Part shown: positions 47,444 to 59,579 of the stretch, piece after piece
How the letters are laid out: every line of letters starts with the position of its first letter
How positions within the stretch are numbered: position 1 is the first letter of the stretch
Assembly: GCF_036588685.1 (NCBI RefSeq)
Contig: NC_086376.1
Location: forward strand, 39,370,001-39,434,000
Length of the DNA stretch: 64,000 bases
DNA from: Mytilus trossulus
Taxonomy: Eukaryota
Direction: 5' to 3'
The notes under the pieces: generated by a model
What the model was told of the DNA's origin: nothing
What the model saw: the letters and a program-made list of their open reading frames with translations, nothing else
Database searches by the model: none
Position numbers and translations under genes: made by a program

Positions 47444-50400
47444 AGTTTTCTACTAGCTTGCAGTAATAGTGAGAACTCTCAGATTGGCAATATGTGTTGT
47501 GATAGCTTTTTGTGTTTAGTGTCGATCTGGTGAGTCAAGCCAATTAGAACTTTGTTATTCATTGTGCTGATTCACCAATGTCTCATGTAAGAAGGAAAAT
47601 ATGATTTTGGTTTTATTGTTTGAGTTGATAAATTTTGTAGTTTTCTGTCTATGTTATTTTGGTTTCTGGTGGATAGTTGTCTCGTTTGCATTCACACCTC
47701 ATCCTTTATCAATTGTTACAATGTTTACACTAGTATAAATTAGAAAAGAAAACTAACACTGTGTTTCAATCACTTAATTTATTCTTGCATACTGACAAAC
47801 ATGTGGTCTTGTAAAATTTTAAAGGATTGTATGAACTAGGCAAATAGGATATATACTATTAAATGTTTTAACAACTTTTGGAAACTGAAATTCCTTTTTT
47901 CAAGCCCATAGAATATTGCAATATAAACAACACCTCAATTTCTTCTCATACTGTCCTAAACTGACCGTTATCTTATATTTGTTGTTTAAGTTAACAATTG
48001 TTGTACAGATATGTATTGCTCATTTTAATCATTTACCTGATTACAATTATAACATAAGAAAGTCTGAAACATTTTTTTTTATCATTGTTCTGTTACTTTA
48101 TAGTTTCTATATATATCTTTATTCTCATAAAGCCAATGCATTACATCGGTACAGAGATAACAAATACAACAATAAATATTTACAATATGTACAAAACAAG
48201 CGAGAGAGGTTACAAAAGTTACAAGCCAGGAGTACAAACACTAGTATTTATATTTTTTTTTATAAAAGAACAAAGCTTCTTCAGAACTGATTTTCTTGTA
48301 CTTGACATAAATTCAGAGAATTAAACTATATTTTGCAGTTTTGTTAAATATGCAGTTAAAAACTCTTTTCGTTTTTGATGGAAAAAATTGCATTCAAATA
48401 TAAAATGATATTCGTCACCTATTTGTGTTGTCAATTGTTAAATAGACTGCAAAAGCGGTTTTCTCTGATCACGTTTAGCCATCTTCCTGTTTCAATCGGC
48501 AACTTAGTATTAGTCATTCTAAATCGACAAAAAACAATAGCGTCTTTGAAGTCCAAAAATATTAAAATATTCTTAGAATTCCAAGTTTTTCTTAAAAATT
48601 TTGTAGTTTATACCTTTTGGCGAATTTTGAATGAGGGAATTCCAGTTCTGAATATATTGATCTAGCAATCTCTGCTTTATAACAGTTTTTAACCATTCTT
48701 TATTATTTATCTATTATTCTGTCAAGCCTTCAATCTTTTTCAGGTGAAAAATTTGTACTTAAATTGTGTAGAGTCAAACTCAGAATGGTATACTATACAT
48801 AATGTACTAATTAGAAATTAGTAATTATAAAGAAATGTCTTCTTTCACATAATAATACATGTAATAGAAATAAGATGAATGCGTCTTTCAAAAAAAAAAC
48901 CACATTGAATTCATATTTACAGTCTTACTGACATTAAGCTTTAAAATATTATTACACATGTTAAAAATTAAACAGACACATACATGTATATGTTATCCCC
49001 AAATATAATGGAACATGTTACTGAAAACATAGATGATTAACCAACACACATGTTACATCCGGTTGAGATCCGTAGTTTAGAAATCGGTCAATGGCGGACG
49101 AATGCAAGAAAATTTACAAAAATAAACGATGTTTGACGATGTGTGACAAGTTATTTGGAAGGGAACATTACGTTTATAATGCAATAAATGGATTAAACAC
49201 TTACTGGAGACAACTTGTATCACGTTTAAATGAAGAAACAAACTTATTTAGCCGCCGAAATATAGGTTGATGTACGTTTTCGAGTAACAAGCACCGGAAC
49301 AAGCGGAAATGCACGAAGTGATAACAAGTTGTATTTTTTATCAAATAACCTGCTTCAGACTTCAAAGACAATGCTTCAATCTCTTTTCTTAAGATAATGA
49401 ATCGTTTATGTCTAAAGTTCTTTAATATCAATAAAAAAATTGATGTTTCATCAACTTGGTAAAAATTGAAAATGTCCGATGACGGAAGCGACTGAAAGCG
49501 AGTATCGTCAAGAACAGGGCGACTTCTTTTCGCTTTTGGGGGTCGGGGAAAGCGAAGTGACGGTCGGGAAAGCGACTTCTTCGCCCACTTCGCCTGGTAG
49601 CGTGAGCCCTGATTGTATAAACAGATTTTTAGTCCCTGCAAATTTCAACTTGAACACATTGAAAACAAATTGCTGAATTTTTTGTCCATATCAACAGATG
49701 AACATTAACTGCAGCTGATGAAATCTGACAATTTATTGAAAAAGTACTTCAGAAATGATATTATGTTGTGTATAGAGTCATATTTTTTCCGCCTCTAAAC
49801 CACTAATTTGGTTGCAATGATTTTCATTATGCAGCAATACATGCAGAATAAAGACCCCCATGTAACTAACGGGTCAATAATGTCACAGAGAATCCTTTTC
49901 CAGTGAAGGACTTATCTTGATATTTATAGATCACAACAACGATAGCTTTTTCTTTATCTTTAAAAATTTGCTTTCTTTCTAAACTCTTTTAGTAATTCGA
50001 AAGTTTTTCAATATTGATATAGTAATCTGTATCTCCAGAACTTGTTGTTGGTTTCTGTGCCGAAATAAACTCAGATTCAACCTCATTTTCATACTCGTTT
50101 AGGACACCTAATTCAATAAGGCATTCTCTGAAACCAGATTTCTTATAATCCTCATCTATAGAATCAACAGTAAACGTTTCAAAGTTTAATGCTATCCATA
50201 GAGAAATGATCGTGTCATAATTAATTTTTCCTTTCTGGAAAAAAAGCAAAGGCTTGCTCTGTGCAAGTAAAATATCCTTACTAACATTGTAAAAATTGAT
50301 AAACAAACAATGAGCGGTAACAAAAAATGATGGTATTAGATGATCCTGTAATTGTTTGTTTTGTTTGACAGCAACAAAAGCATTCACAATTGTCTGAGTT

Positions 50401-51459
50401 ATTGTTTCCATGTACTCTTTTTCTGATAAAAGTTGGTGAACTGCTTTATCCTGTATATATGATGGTTCCACTTCTGTTAAACCATTTGAATCAAAGATTT
50501 CTTCAACATCCTGCTCAAGTCTTGCCTTTTTCAAAACAGGTTCACTTTGTTCTTCTAAATTTTCTATCCAATCAATTGCCACCGTTACAACATTTCTGCA
50601 TTTTCTAGTGTTCTTTACAGCTATATCTGCCCTTCCATGCCACAATTTTGTGCATCCTGTAATAAACAAGACATAACTGATACATGTATAACATTTATAT
50701 TAAAAGTGTCATGAATAACCTAACTATTAAGAAATCAAAATGGACAAAACACTTACCCTGGAATATAACAACTGCTACTTTTATAGCAATGTGTCATATG
50801 AGTGCATGCAAACTTTTTCAGGAAAAGGGGTAGGGGGATATAGTGTGTATATTCCATAAGAAGTTTATTCATCTTAAGAAATTTAATGAAATTTTATGAA
50901 TGCATGATCATCTGTTTGTCACATGGAACAGTGGAACCACTCCAGAGGTAAAAAGACCACAATGTCTCCTATTTGTATATCAGAGAGAGAAAAAAAGTAT
51001 AAAAACAAGGTAAAACATTAGGAATAATTATTATATTGAGATATGATAATCTGCATCTTATATGTAATTTGTAAGCCACATGTAAACACAAAATATGAGA
51101 TGCATTGTTGCCACATCAGAGTGTCATTTGTGGCCGATACATTATTAACATTCACATGTTACATGCAAGACTGATGAACTTTGACAAACTTATAAAACTA
51201 TACAAATTATTTTTGAAAAGAATTTCATTGTTAAAATAACTTAAATTTTTGTTTATACAAACATTCTCAACTAGAATCTCAAAACAGTTCACAACTTGCA
51301 GCAAAAATGGATAATTCTAAATGACACCAATTAATCGAATCTCAAAAAATTTATTAAATATGAAGCCTTTAATTTCTGAACAAAGATCAAATGTGAGTTA
51401 ATTATCATATTATAGTACTGTTACCATATATTTATAAATAGATTATTGTTGATCATCTA

Positions 51460-52631
51460 AAAATGGATAATTCTAAATTTTATTTCAGTACCTGCTAGAA
51501 TAATCGTTTTTTCATCAATTCCAAAATCATAAACAACTCTCACCCAGAGCACCAAAACAAATATTTCTGACGTTCGACGACAACAACATTTTAACCTCCT
51601 TTCAAAGAAACACATTTTTTTACATCTTTTTACCCTGTCATCAAATATTTTCTCAAACTGTTCTGTTTTCATTTTTAAGTTTATGTTCATTACTTTCTGT
51701 TTTAGTTCAGATAAATCTTCGAACCTTTGTCCAAGGAGAAAAGATTTGATATGCAGGAATACTGCAAAATCCATTGGCGCTAAGTCAGGGCTATACGGAG
51801 GATGTTTCAGACATTCAAATCTAAGTAAATCAATTTCTAAACTAGATTTCAAAGAAGTGTGGGCCGGTGCATTGTCTTGATATGTTTCTCAGACTGTTAT
51901 GAGAACTTGTGTGTTTCTGTTGGCATTTTTGCAATGTCTACACAAAGTTGATAACTGTCTGCTGCTCCACCTTTTCTGTAAACGTCTGTTTTTTCAGTGA
52001 GGTCGATTCTGGATTCAATGATTTAAACCGACATTTCGCTGCCATTTAGAAAATTTGGTCATTCAAATTTATCAGGTGTACATGTAGTGTCAAGACTATT
52101 GCCGATGTCACAATGAAAGTGTCATGTATTTTTGGTGAATTTTGAAACTAAAAATAACAAAAATACGAAAACACCAGCCTGCATATTGGGTCTCATTGGG
52201 GTCTAAGCGTGACGCGGGATTGCCCATTTTCTTATAAGCGTGACACGTGAAAGTCAAATGATTGTGGCGTGAAAACAGGAAATAAGGTCTTGAGGGACCC
52301 GGGAAATGACAAAAAAATGAGAATTGCTTACATACATAGTGTAAGCAGGATACAGGAATCTGACAAAACAGTAAGCGGGATCCAGGATTGGAACCCCCCA
52401 ATGAGACCCCTGAATGTTATGTGATATTTTTGCCGTGCTCCGGTTCCCTATTGCTAATATTTATATGAAGTAAAATTTATTATTTTGCATTTAAAATTGG
52501 ACAAATATCATGAATATTGATATTGCACTAGGATAAAGTACAGGATTACAAATATATGCAAAAATATTTCCCCTAATATGCTATTTTTATGCAGACTGCA
52601 GCTTGTCCACAAACTTCATGGACAGCCCTTG
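51460..52631 (-). mobile_element. Mariner (D,D34D) transposon remnant
   Basis: QDNAPAH...HPPYSPDLAPMDF with 34 residues between the Asp residues; end TA|CAAGGGCTGTCCATGAAGTTTGTGGACAA at 52633-52603; other TIR not found. Confidence 0.88.
52188..52409. mobile_element. MITE nested in the mariner remnant
   Basis: TIR GGGTCTCATTGGGG...CCCCAATGAGACCC. Confidence 0.75.
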
Positions 52632-53777
52632 TACACTAGTCATTTTGGGGGCTCTTTATAGCTTGCTGTTTGGTGTGAGCCAAGGTTCTGTTTTGAAGGA
52701 CATTCTTTGACGTATAATGCTAAAAAAAGTACCTTTACAAAATTGAAAGTTGTCTCTTTGGCACTCATACATCATCTTCTTATATCTATGACATATAATA
52801 ATGTAGTACTCTGTATAAGATTTCTAAATCGTCTTTAGTCTATTTATTGAGTTTGTTATATGGCATTTTATTTTCCCAATTTTTGGCCAAAAAAATGCTG
52901 AGAAGTTTCAATAAATTTATTCTTTAATTATTACGGAGATATAAAGCAATAACTGTTGACTGATTGAATACTGCCCTCACTGATAACAATGGAAGAGTCT
53001 GCTGTTACAAAAAAATGTAGAATTGGTCATTCTATTTAAGATTTAATCTAGTTTTATCCGTTAAATATAAATTGGTATAGAGGTGCCCAAATAAGTTCCA
53101 TAGATTTTTTTTAACTGTTAATGAGGAATGCATGTAGGCTAGCTATAGACAAATGTTTTCCCAATAAATTTTGTTTGTAACTGCAAGTTTACAAATTGAA
53201 ATAGACAGCAGAAAACAGAGCTCTGCTAGACTTACCGAAATTTGTGTTGCCTGTATTAACACTTTCGACACAATATGGACATTCAGGTTCTAGATTAACA
53301 TTCTTCATTGAAGACTTTTCACTTTTGTAGGCTAAACTATCAGCAATAACTTCACCTTCAAATAACAGAGGAGTGAAAAGATGTACTGCTAAAACAGCCT
53401 GAATATCTTCCTTTTTCAGTTTTTCTGATGTCATTGTCATTTCTCTCAGACATTCAGAGCGATGTGTTCTTTGAAAGAGAAAAATAAATATTACAACCTT
53501 AGTCTCATGCCAAAATGGATTATAAAGTTAACTACATGTATGTCCTCATGATTCTTGGTTGTTCATCTGGTATCCATCATTTTTAATATTCGGAGGAAAA
53601 AACTTTTTTTTATTATAAATATAAATATTATAAATGGCTTATTGAAGTTATAGTAAAATTGTTACTTTTTGTGGTAAATAGTATCCAGTGCTTACTTCAA
53701 TGTCTGTACACCCTCCAAAACGTAGTACAGGGACTTAAAAATTATGGTCATTCGTTCAATCTGAGACAGTTTTCCGT

Positions 53778-53920
53778 GGCCTATATTTAGTCCAATTAAT
53801 TATGCTGTCTTGGAAGGCTAGTTAAAATTTTTGCTTTGACGCCTTCCTGAGACTCTAAAGCGTCAAAGAAAAAAATATAATAGCTTTTCAAGATGTCATA
53901 ATTATTTGGATTAGGCCTAT
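53778..53920. repeat. Imperfect ~65-bp-arm hairpin in intron 1, probably another hairpin-ended element
   Basis: TCCAATTAATTATGCTGTCTTGGAAGGCTA...CTTTGACGC / GCGTCAAAG...TAGCTTTTCAAGATGTCATAATTATTTGGA. Confidence 0.65.
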
Positions 53921-54427
53921 ATTCAACTTACAAATTAATCTAATTTTTAATGGATTAACTAAATAATTAAATTAAGATTACCTTCATCAAAACCCCTCAA
54001 AAAGTCTTCAAGACATCGAATAGTGTTTTGTTTGAAAATGTCAACACTGTCTGTTTTCTGTGTTTCTACTAGTAAATCGATGAATGCTCCTCTGAACAAT
54101 TCACAAATAGACTTTCCGACAACTTTGGGTTCTTTGTTATTGGCAAAGTCTACCCATGTGTCTGTTGAAAAAACATGAAACTCATGTGCGTTGCAGCCCT
54201 GAATATCTAAGTTCACGAATGCCGTCGACCACAAGTTACTTTTTTAAAGATCTCCTAAGAAATCATTTTTAATAAATCTTTGTAACAACTTTGCCATGTT
54301 TGCCATCGCCTTTCGTCTTTATTACCTTTGTTTTGGATGGGGAATACAAGTAACGGGGAAAGAATTCAATGCCTTTACATGCAATCACATTCATCATGTC
54401 CTAGACTACTCCATTATTCGGAGCACC

Positions 54428-55545
54428 CTTCTTCTTCTTCCAGTTAAGCGGCCGCAATCAACTGTCTGATTATTCTGCCACTGTGTGTTGCGCATGAAAG
54501 TCCAAAGAAAGTTTAATCATATTTACATTACGTGAAAGTTAAAATCCTATATACAGCTGCTCATCAAAAACAAGTGTTACTGTCTATTTTGTAAGCCGAG
54601 CCTTGAAGCATTCAAGACTCGGAGCGGTGGTAGTGGAAAGTGGTAAGGCATTCCATTCCCGTATAGATTTTGGGTAGAATGACATTTTCCTTATATCTGT
54701 TCTACAAAGAGGAACCTGGAAACATCCACTCCTAGTTGTTCTTGATGCTCGGCTTGTTGGAATTAGCCTAGATGTTGCATCTATATTTACTAGGCAGTTA
54801 GTAATTTTGTACATCATGCACATCCTTGTTGTTGATCTCCTCTCTTCTAGTTGTTGCGATTCGAGTTGCTTTATCATGGCATCTACTGATGATGTGTTAC
54901 GGTATTGGTTGGTAACATACCTAGCCCCTCTGCGTTGTACCATCTCAATTTTTTTCTTGTTGTTTTGTTGATGGGGGTCCCAGACTGCACTTGCATATTC
55001 TAGTGTTGGTCTGACTAATGACTTGTATGCATTTTCTTTTAGTTGTTTGTTATTGATATTAATATTTCTTTTTGAAAACCCAATAGTTTTATTTGCTTTT
55101 TGGCAGATGTTATGTACATGGGTACTCCAATTTAAATCTGAGCTGATTGTAACTCCGAGATATTTTGCGTCTGATACTCTCTCCAGTATGTGGCCATGAA
55201 GGATATAATCTTTTGTGATTGATTTTTTTTTCTTGCTGATGGTCATGACATTGCATTTGTCTGCGTTGAACTTCATGAGCCATCGTAGTTCCCAGTCTGA
55301 TAATTTGTTCAGATCCTCCTGCAGTGTTGTGGTATCTGCATCGGATGTTATTGTTAGATAAATTATTGTGTCATCGGCAAACAATCGTGTTCTGGATCGG
55401 ACCCCCTCTGGCATATCATTAATGTAGTAGAGGAAGAGTGCTGGTCCAAGGACTGAACCCTGTGGTACACCTGATTCTACATCAATGAAGCCAGAGCTTA
55501 CACCTTCAACCACTACTGACTGTTGTCTACCACTTAGGAAAATAG
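54428..55545 (-). mobile_element. 5'-truncated LINE (same broad group as 5275-6728) with (GAA)n tail
   Basis: SGVPQGSVLGP, LFADD, KYLGVTI, RPTLEYASAVWDP in an open frame to the stop at 54584; 3' UTR ends in GAAGAAGAAGAAG at ~54428-54440. The first ~45 aa of the listed ORF are flanking DNA. Confidence 0.92.
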
Positions 55546-55878
55546 AAGCGAAGGTACATTGGAATCGGTGTGTCGATGAGTTATGAATAATGTTCCCTAT
55601 AATTGATTTGTTATCGCCCTCTCCCCCAAAAAAATATGGAGGGTACAAAATTTGAAAATAAATAATTAAGCTCTTCATCATGCCATGATCATATACAAGG
55701 ACTAAAATTGTGATTGAAAGATGCGCGTTGCGTCTACAAAAACGGACGCATCAGTAATGCTCATATCAGATAAGACAAGCTATAATTTACAATAAAGGCT
55801 AAATAAAGTAAGTTTAATCGTGGAGACCACATGTCGTTTTATTTATACCTGGAAGATTTTAACATGTTTAATAGATTA

Positions 55879-57516
55879 GGGACTGTGCAATATTTATCTG
55901 AGGGTGGGGCCGGTGCAAACATGGACGGGGCACATACTTTTTTTATGCAAATTATGAGCGGGGCGACAAGGTTTTTTTAAGAAACATTTGGCGGGGCGCA
56001 CACTTTTAAAACCCCTTTGCGTGTGCATAAAAAATAATTAAATCAGAGTAAAAAAGATTAAAACTATTTATTAAAATCAAATTAAATAACAGCACATTTA
56101 ACATATCGATGGCTTGAGATAATGTTAGTTCATATACTTATATATTATCTGAATGCAACATGTTTAAAGGTCTAAATGTTCTTTTCAATACATATATTTG
56201 TGATTTCTGTGAGAAAAAAATAACTTAAAAAAAAAAAAACACAATATAATCTAAAACAAATTAGCCTAATACAGTGCTTCAATATATTTTTGTGTGTTTA
56301 TGCTTTTAATTATCATTTAAAAAAATGAAATACTGACCAACATATAAATGTATAAAATGTTCATGTACAATGTATATACAACCTATTTGTACACATGTAC
56401 ATGTATATTGAACTCACATTTTTGTTTATAAAAGTAAAGGAGAATCAAAACATTAAACTCAAATGTATTAAAATGAAAAAAAAAGAATGTTGAAACTAAA
56501 ACAATGTAAAATAAGAAAAATAAATGTTTGGCACTTTAAAAAAATATCAAATTGCTTTTAATACAGTACATTATTATTATCTGTATAAATAAAATATCTG
56601 GAAAACTATTAACAATGGTTTGTAAATTAAACATAACATCACATATGGAAAATAAATGCTTAAACTTTAATAAAATAACAAAATTAAATTCTTAAACATT
56701 AAAAGAATTACAACTTAAATTTGGGTTGTGTAAATACCACTAGAGGATTGAACACATAGCTATTTGACTGATAGTTTGGAATTAGCTTCAGAAAATGTAC
56801 AGTTGTTCTTTAATAGCAAAGCAAAGCAAGAAAAATTTGAAACTAAAATATGAAAAATAAATGTTTGTCACTTTTAATTTTAAAGAAAGTATAAAATTAC
56901 TTACATAAAAATTAAGGATTTTCTTCCTCAGGCATAGATAATTCCTCAGCCTCATTTGGGATACTTTTTGGTATTTTTGGTCCTCAAACTCTTCAATTTT
57001 ATACTTGATTTGGCTATTTTACAATTTTTTAAAATTTATATAGTTTTGTCAATATCTCAAAATAAATACTTCTTCAAAAGTTTATAAAAATTAGTAAAAA
57101 TGTTGGGTAAACCCTTATTAAAGTTGAATTTCATAATTCCAAGGAAAGTATATCATGTATATCAATGAATATAAAAAAAATGTATAGAAACATTCTAGTG
57201 GCAGTATAAAATATTATTTTCAAAACACAATTAAAATGTGTTATAAAATCTTTATAATATTGAAATATATGCATTTGAGTTGATATATTAACTCTGATAT
57301 ACATGTGTTATTGAATGTTGTGCATTTGAGTTAAAAAATATCATGTTTCCATATGTGTGTTTTATTTTTTTCAAGCGGGGCAAGGACTTTTTTTGTAATT
57401 AATTTAAGCGGGGCAGGAACTTTTTTTTAAATAAATTTTGGCAGGGCATAAAGTTTTTTTTTAATAAATATTTGCTGTACACCGGCCCCACCCTCAGATA
57501 AATATTGCACAGTCCC
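55879..57516. mobile_element. Non-autonomous Zator- or PIF/Harbinger-like DNA transposon
   Basis: 37-bp perfect TIR GGGACTGTGCAATATTTATCTGAGGGTGGGGCCGGTG; 3-bp TSD TTA; subterminal GCGGGGC repeats; very AT-rich interior. Confidence 0.88.
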
Positions 57517-57737
57517 TTAACTGTTCCCAGTTTATATTAAAAAAAGTCGCGGATTCCAACGCGTGTGCTTTCCACGAACTAATTTATATATGTTGTGTGC
57601 AGATTATCTTTGATCAGAATATAAAGGGATACCAATAAAGTAGTATATACAAAAGATATATTGAATAACACCCCTCCCCTCCAAAAAACAAAAATGTTTA
57701 TAATGCAGTTAAAAATACTTTAAAAAAATACCATGTG

Positions 57738-57890
57738 CAGGGGCGGATGCAGGAATTTTCGAAAGGGGGGGTGCTAACCCAGGGCAAAGGGGGGGGGGGT
57801 GCAAAACATATGTCCCGATACAAATGCATTGATCGGCAAAAATAAAGGGGGGTGCGCACCCCCGGAACCCCCCCTCTGGATCCGCCACTG
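57738..57890. mobile_element. hAT-like MITE with 5-bp TSD
   Basis: CAGGGGCGGATGCAGG...CTGGATCCGCCACTG; TSD ATGTG both sides. Confidence 0.9.
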
Positions 57891-58929
57891 ATGTGTCCCA
57901 CAGCTATATATAAGGGGGGGCAAGGGGTTTAACTGTTATGCTGTTATGGGGCAATTTAATTCTTTGTTATCTGTTATTTTGAAAATATATTTGCTGTTAG
58001 CTGTTATTGTCTTATTCTTTGTTATCTGTTATTTTGAAAATATATTTGCTGTTAGCTGTTATTGTCTTATTCTTTGTTATCTGTTATTGTGATAATGTAT
58101 TTGCTGTTAACTGTTATTATAATTAGAATGTTAGCTTTTTTTTTACAGTCAATATTCGGTATAAATTGAAGATCATTGGACATTGGGGTCTTCCACTACT
58201 AATATGTTTGTCCCATATTCAGAGAAGGACTCCATTAAGTGAGGTCCAGGACAATTCAAGTATATTATCTTATGATTATCCTTTGCAATAAATTCCATAT
58301 TTTTTTTATGAATGTGTATTTAGAATTATCTTAACTTTTTGTATGGGAATAATGTTTCTTGTTTTCCGTACGAACATATTACAATTAAAACAATTCTTAA
58401 TATGACAAAAAGGAAAACATATGGCCAGGAATATCTGACAAGGACCTCAATTAAGGACTAGGTCCTAACAACCACTTAACCTTTTATATAATATGGTACA
58501 TAGACTAAGCTCTGTGATTCTTTTCAAAGCAAAACCAAATGCATTGTGCAATGAAAGTTCCAACCATATACTTGGGTCTGAAGCTGCAAATAACTCATTA
58601 CAAACAAAGATTTTTTTCGTTTCAAGCCATTGTTTCCCTACTAAACTATGTATTCTACTTACTAGTACACTTGGTACAATCAAAAACCTCAGCTGATAAA
58701 AAAATGTTCAAATAAGGCCTTTGAAAATAGTTGAATAAATTGCTTTTAGAGTGTCAAAATTCGTTCGAAGTACTTGATAAATTGCATGCTTATAATTTGT
58801 GCTTTTGATTTTTCCACCCTATATACCACTTTGCCTCATAGTCTTATTAAAAAAAATTCACACACCTCATTAAATAGTCATTTAGAAAAAGTCAGAATAT
58901 TCAAACTCTTTTAGGTCATTTATTTTTAT

Positions 58930-59542
58930 TAGCAACAAAGGGAGCTTCAGTCAATATATATAAACAATACACCAACATTTCATGTGAACTGCTGAAAGCA
59001 TTTTTGAGTTGGTTTTGAAATCTAGAAAATACCACCGTTTTCAAATGAATAAAATCCATCAGCTCAATAACATAAAATCTCAAAATAATGAAAATTAAAA
59101 GGGAGTTTACAACAATAGATATAAACATTTCAGCAAAGTTTCATGAGAACTGCTGAAAACAATTTTGTGTTAATGTCTGAAAACTGGAAAATCCCCCCTT
59201 TTTAATTAATAAAACCCGTTAACTCGGAAACGAAAAATCTAAAATTTATAAAAATTAAAAGTGACTTCATGTTAATAGATATAAACAATTCACCATAATT
59301 CCTTGCTTTGTGAAAGCATTTTTGAGATATTATCAGAAAACTGAGAAAAACCACCAATTTTATTGAATAAAAACCCATTACCCAGAAACTTAAAATCATA
59401 AATTTATAAAAAAAAAAACAACCCAAAAAGGAAACTCACGTCAATAGATTTGGTTAAAGAGTTTTTGAGTTAATGTCAGACATGTTGACAACAGACGGAC
59501 AACATTATACCATAATACGTTCAGTAAACGAGCGTATAAAAA
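58930..59542 (+). mobile_element. Decayed HINE/pearl-type element with ~3 tandem ~160-170-bp units
   Basis: Repeated AATAGATATAAACA / CATTTTTGAG / AATAAAACCC units, ACAGACGGAC microsatellite and terminal ATACG...CGTAT hairpin. Confidence 0.65.
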
Positions 59543-59579
59543 ATGTTATAATATATTGAGTAGTAATTTAAACAGATTC

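Larger units (their letters stand above)
49989..54306 (-). pseudogene. Uncharacterised ~410-aa protein with PD-(D/E)xK-nuclease-like motif order; exons 54306-53982, ~53468-53236, 50656-49989; damaged
   Basis: Exon 2/3 splice gives CPYC..VNTGNTNFGCTKLWHGRADI...EVE...TITQTIVNAF...LIPSF...FYNVSKDILL...IISLWIALNF. In-frame TAA at 54246-54244; the exon 1 donor (phase 1) does not match the available exon 2 acceptor (phase 2). Confidence 0.75.

Noticed and set aside
49091-49641. 146-aa - strand ORF and a short Cys-containing + strand ORF
   Set aside because: No recognisable domain; the region ends in a CAGGGCTC-type transposon terminus (~49610) with no partner found.
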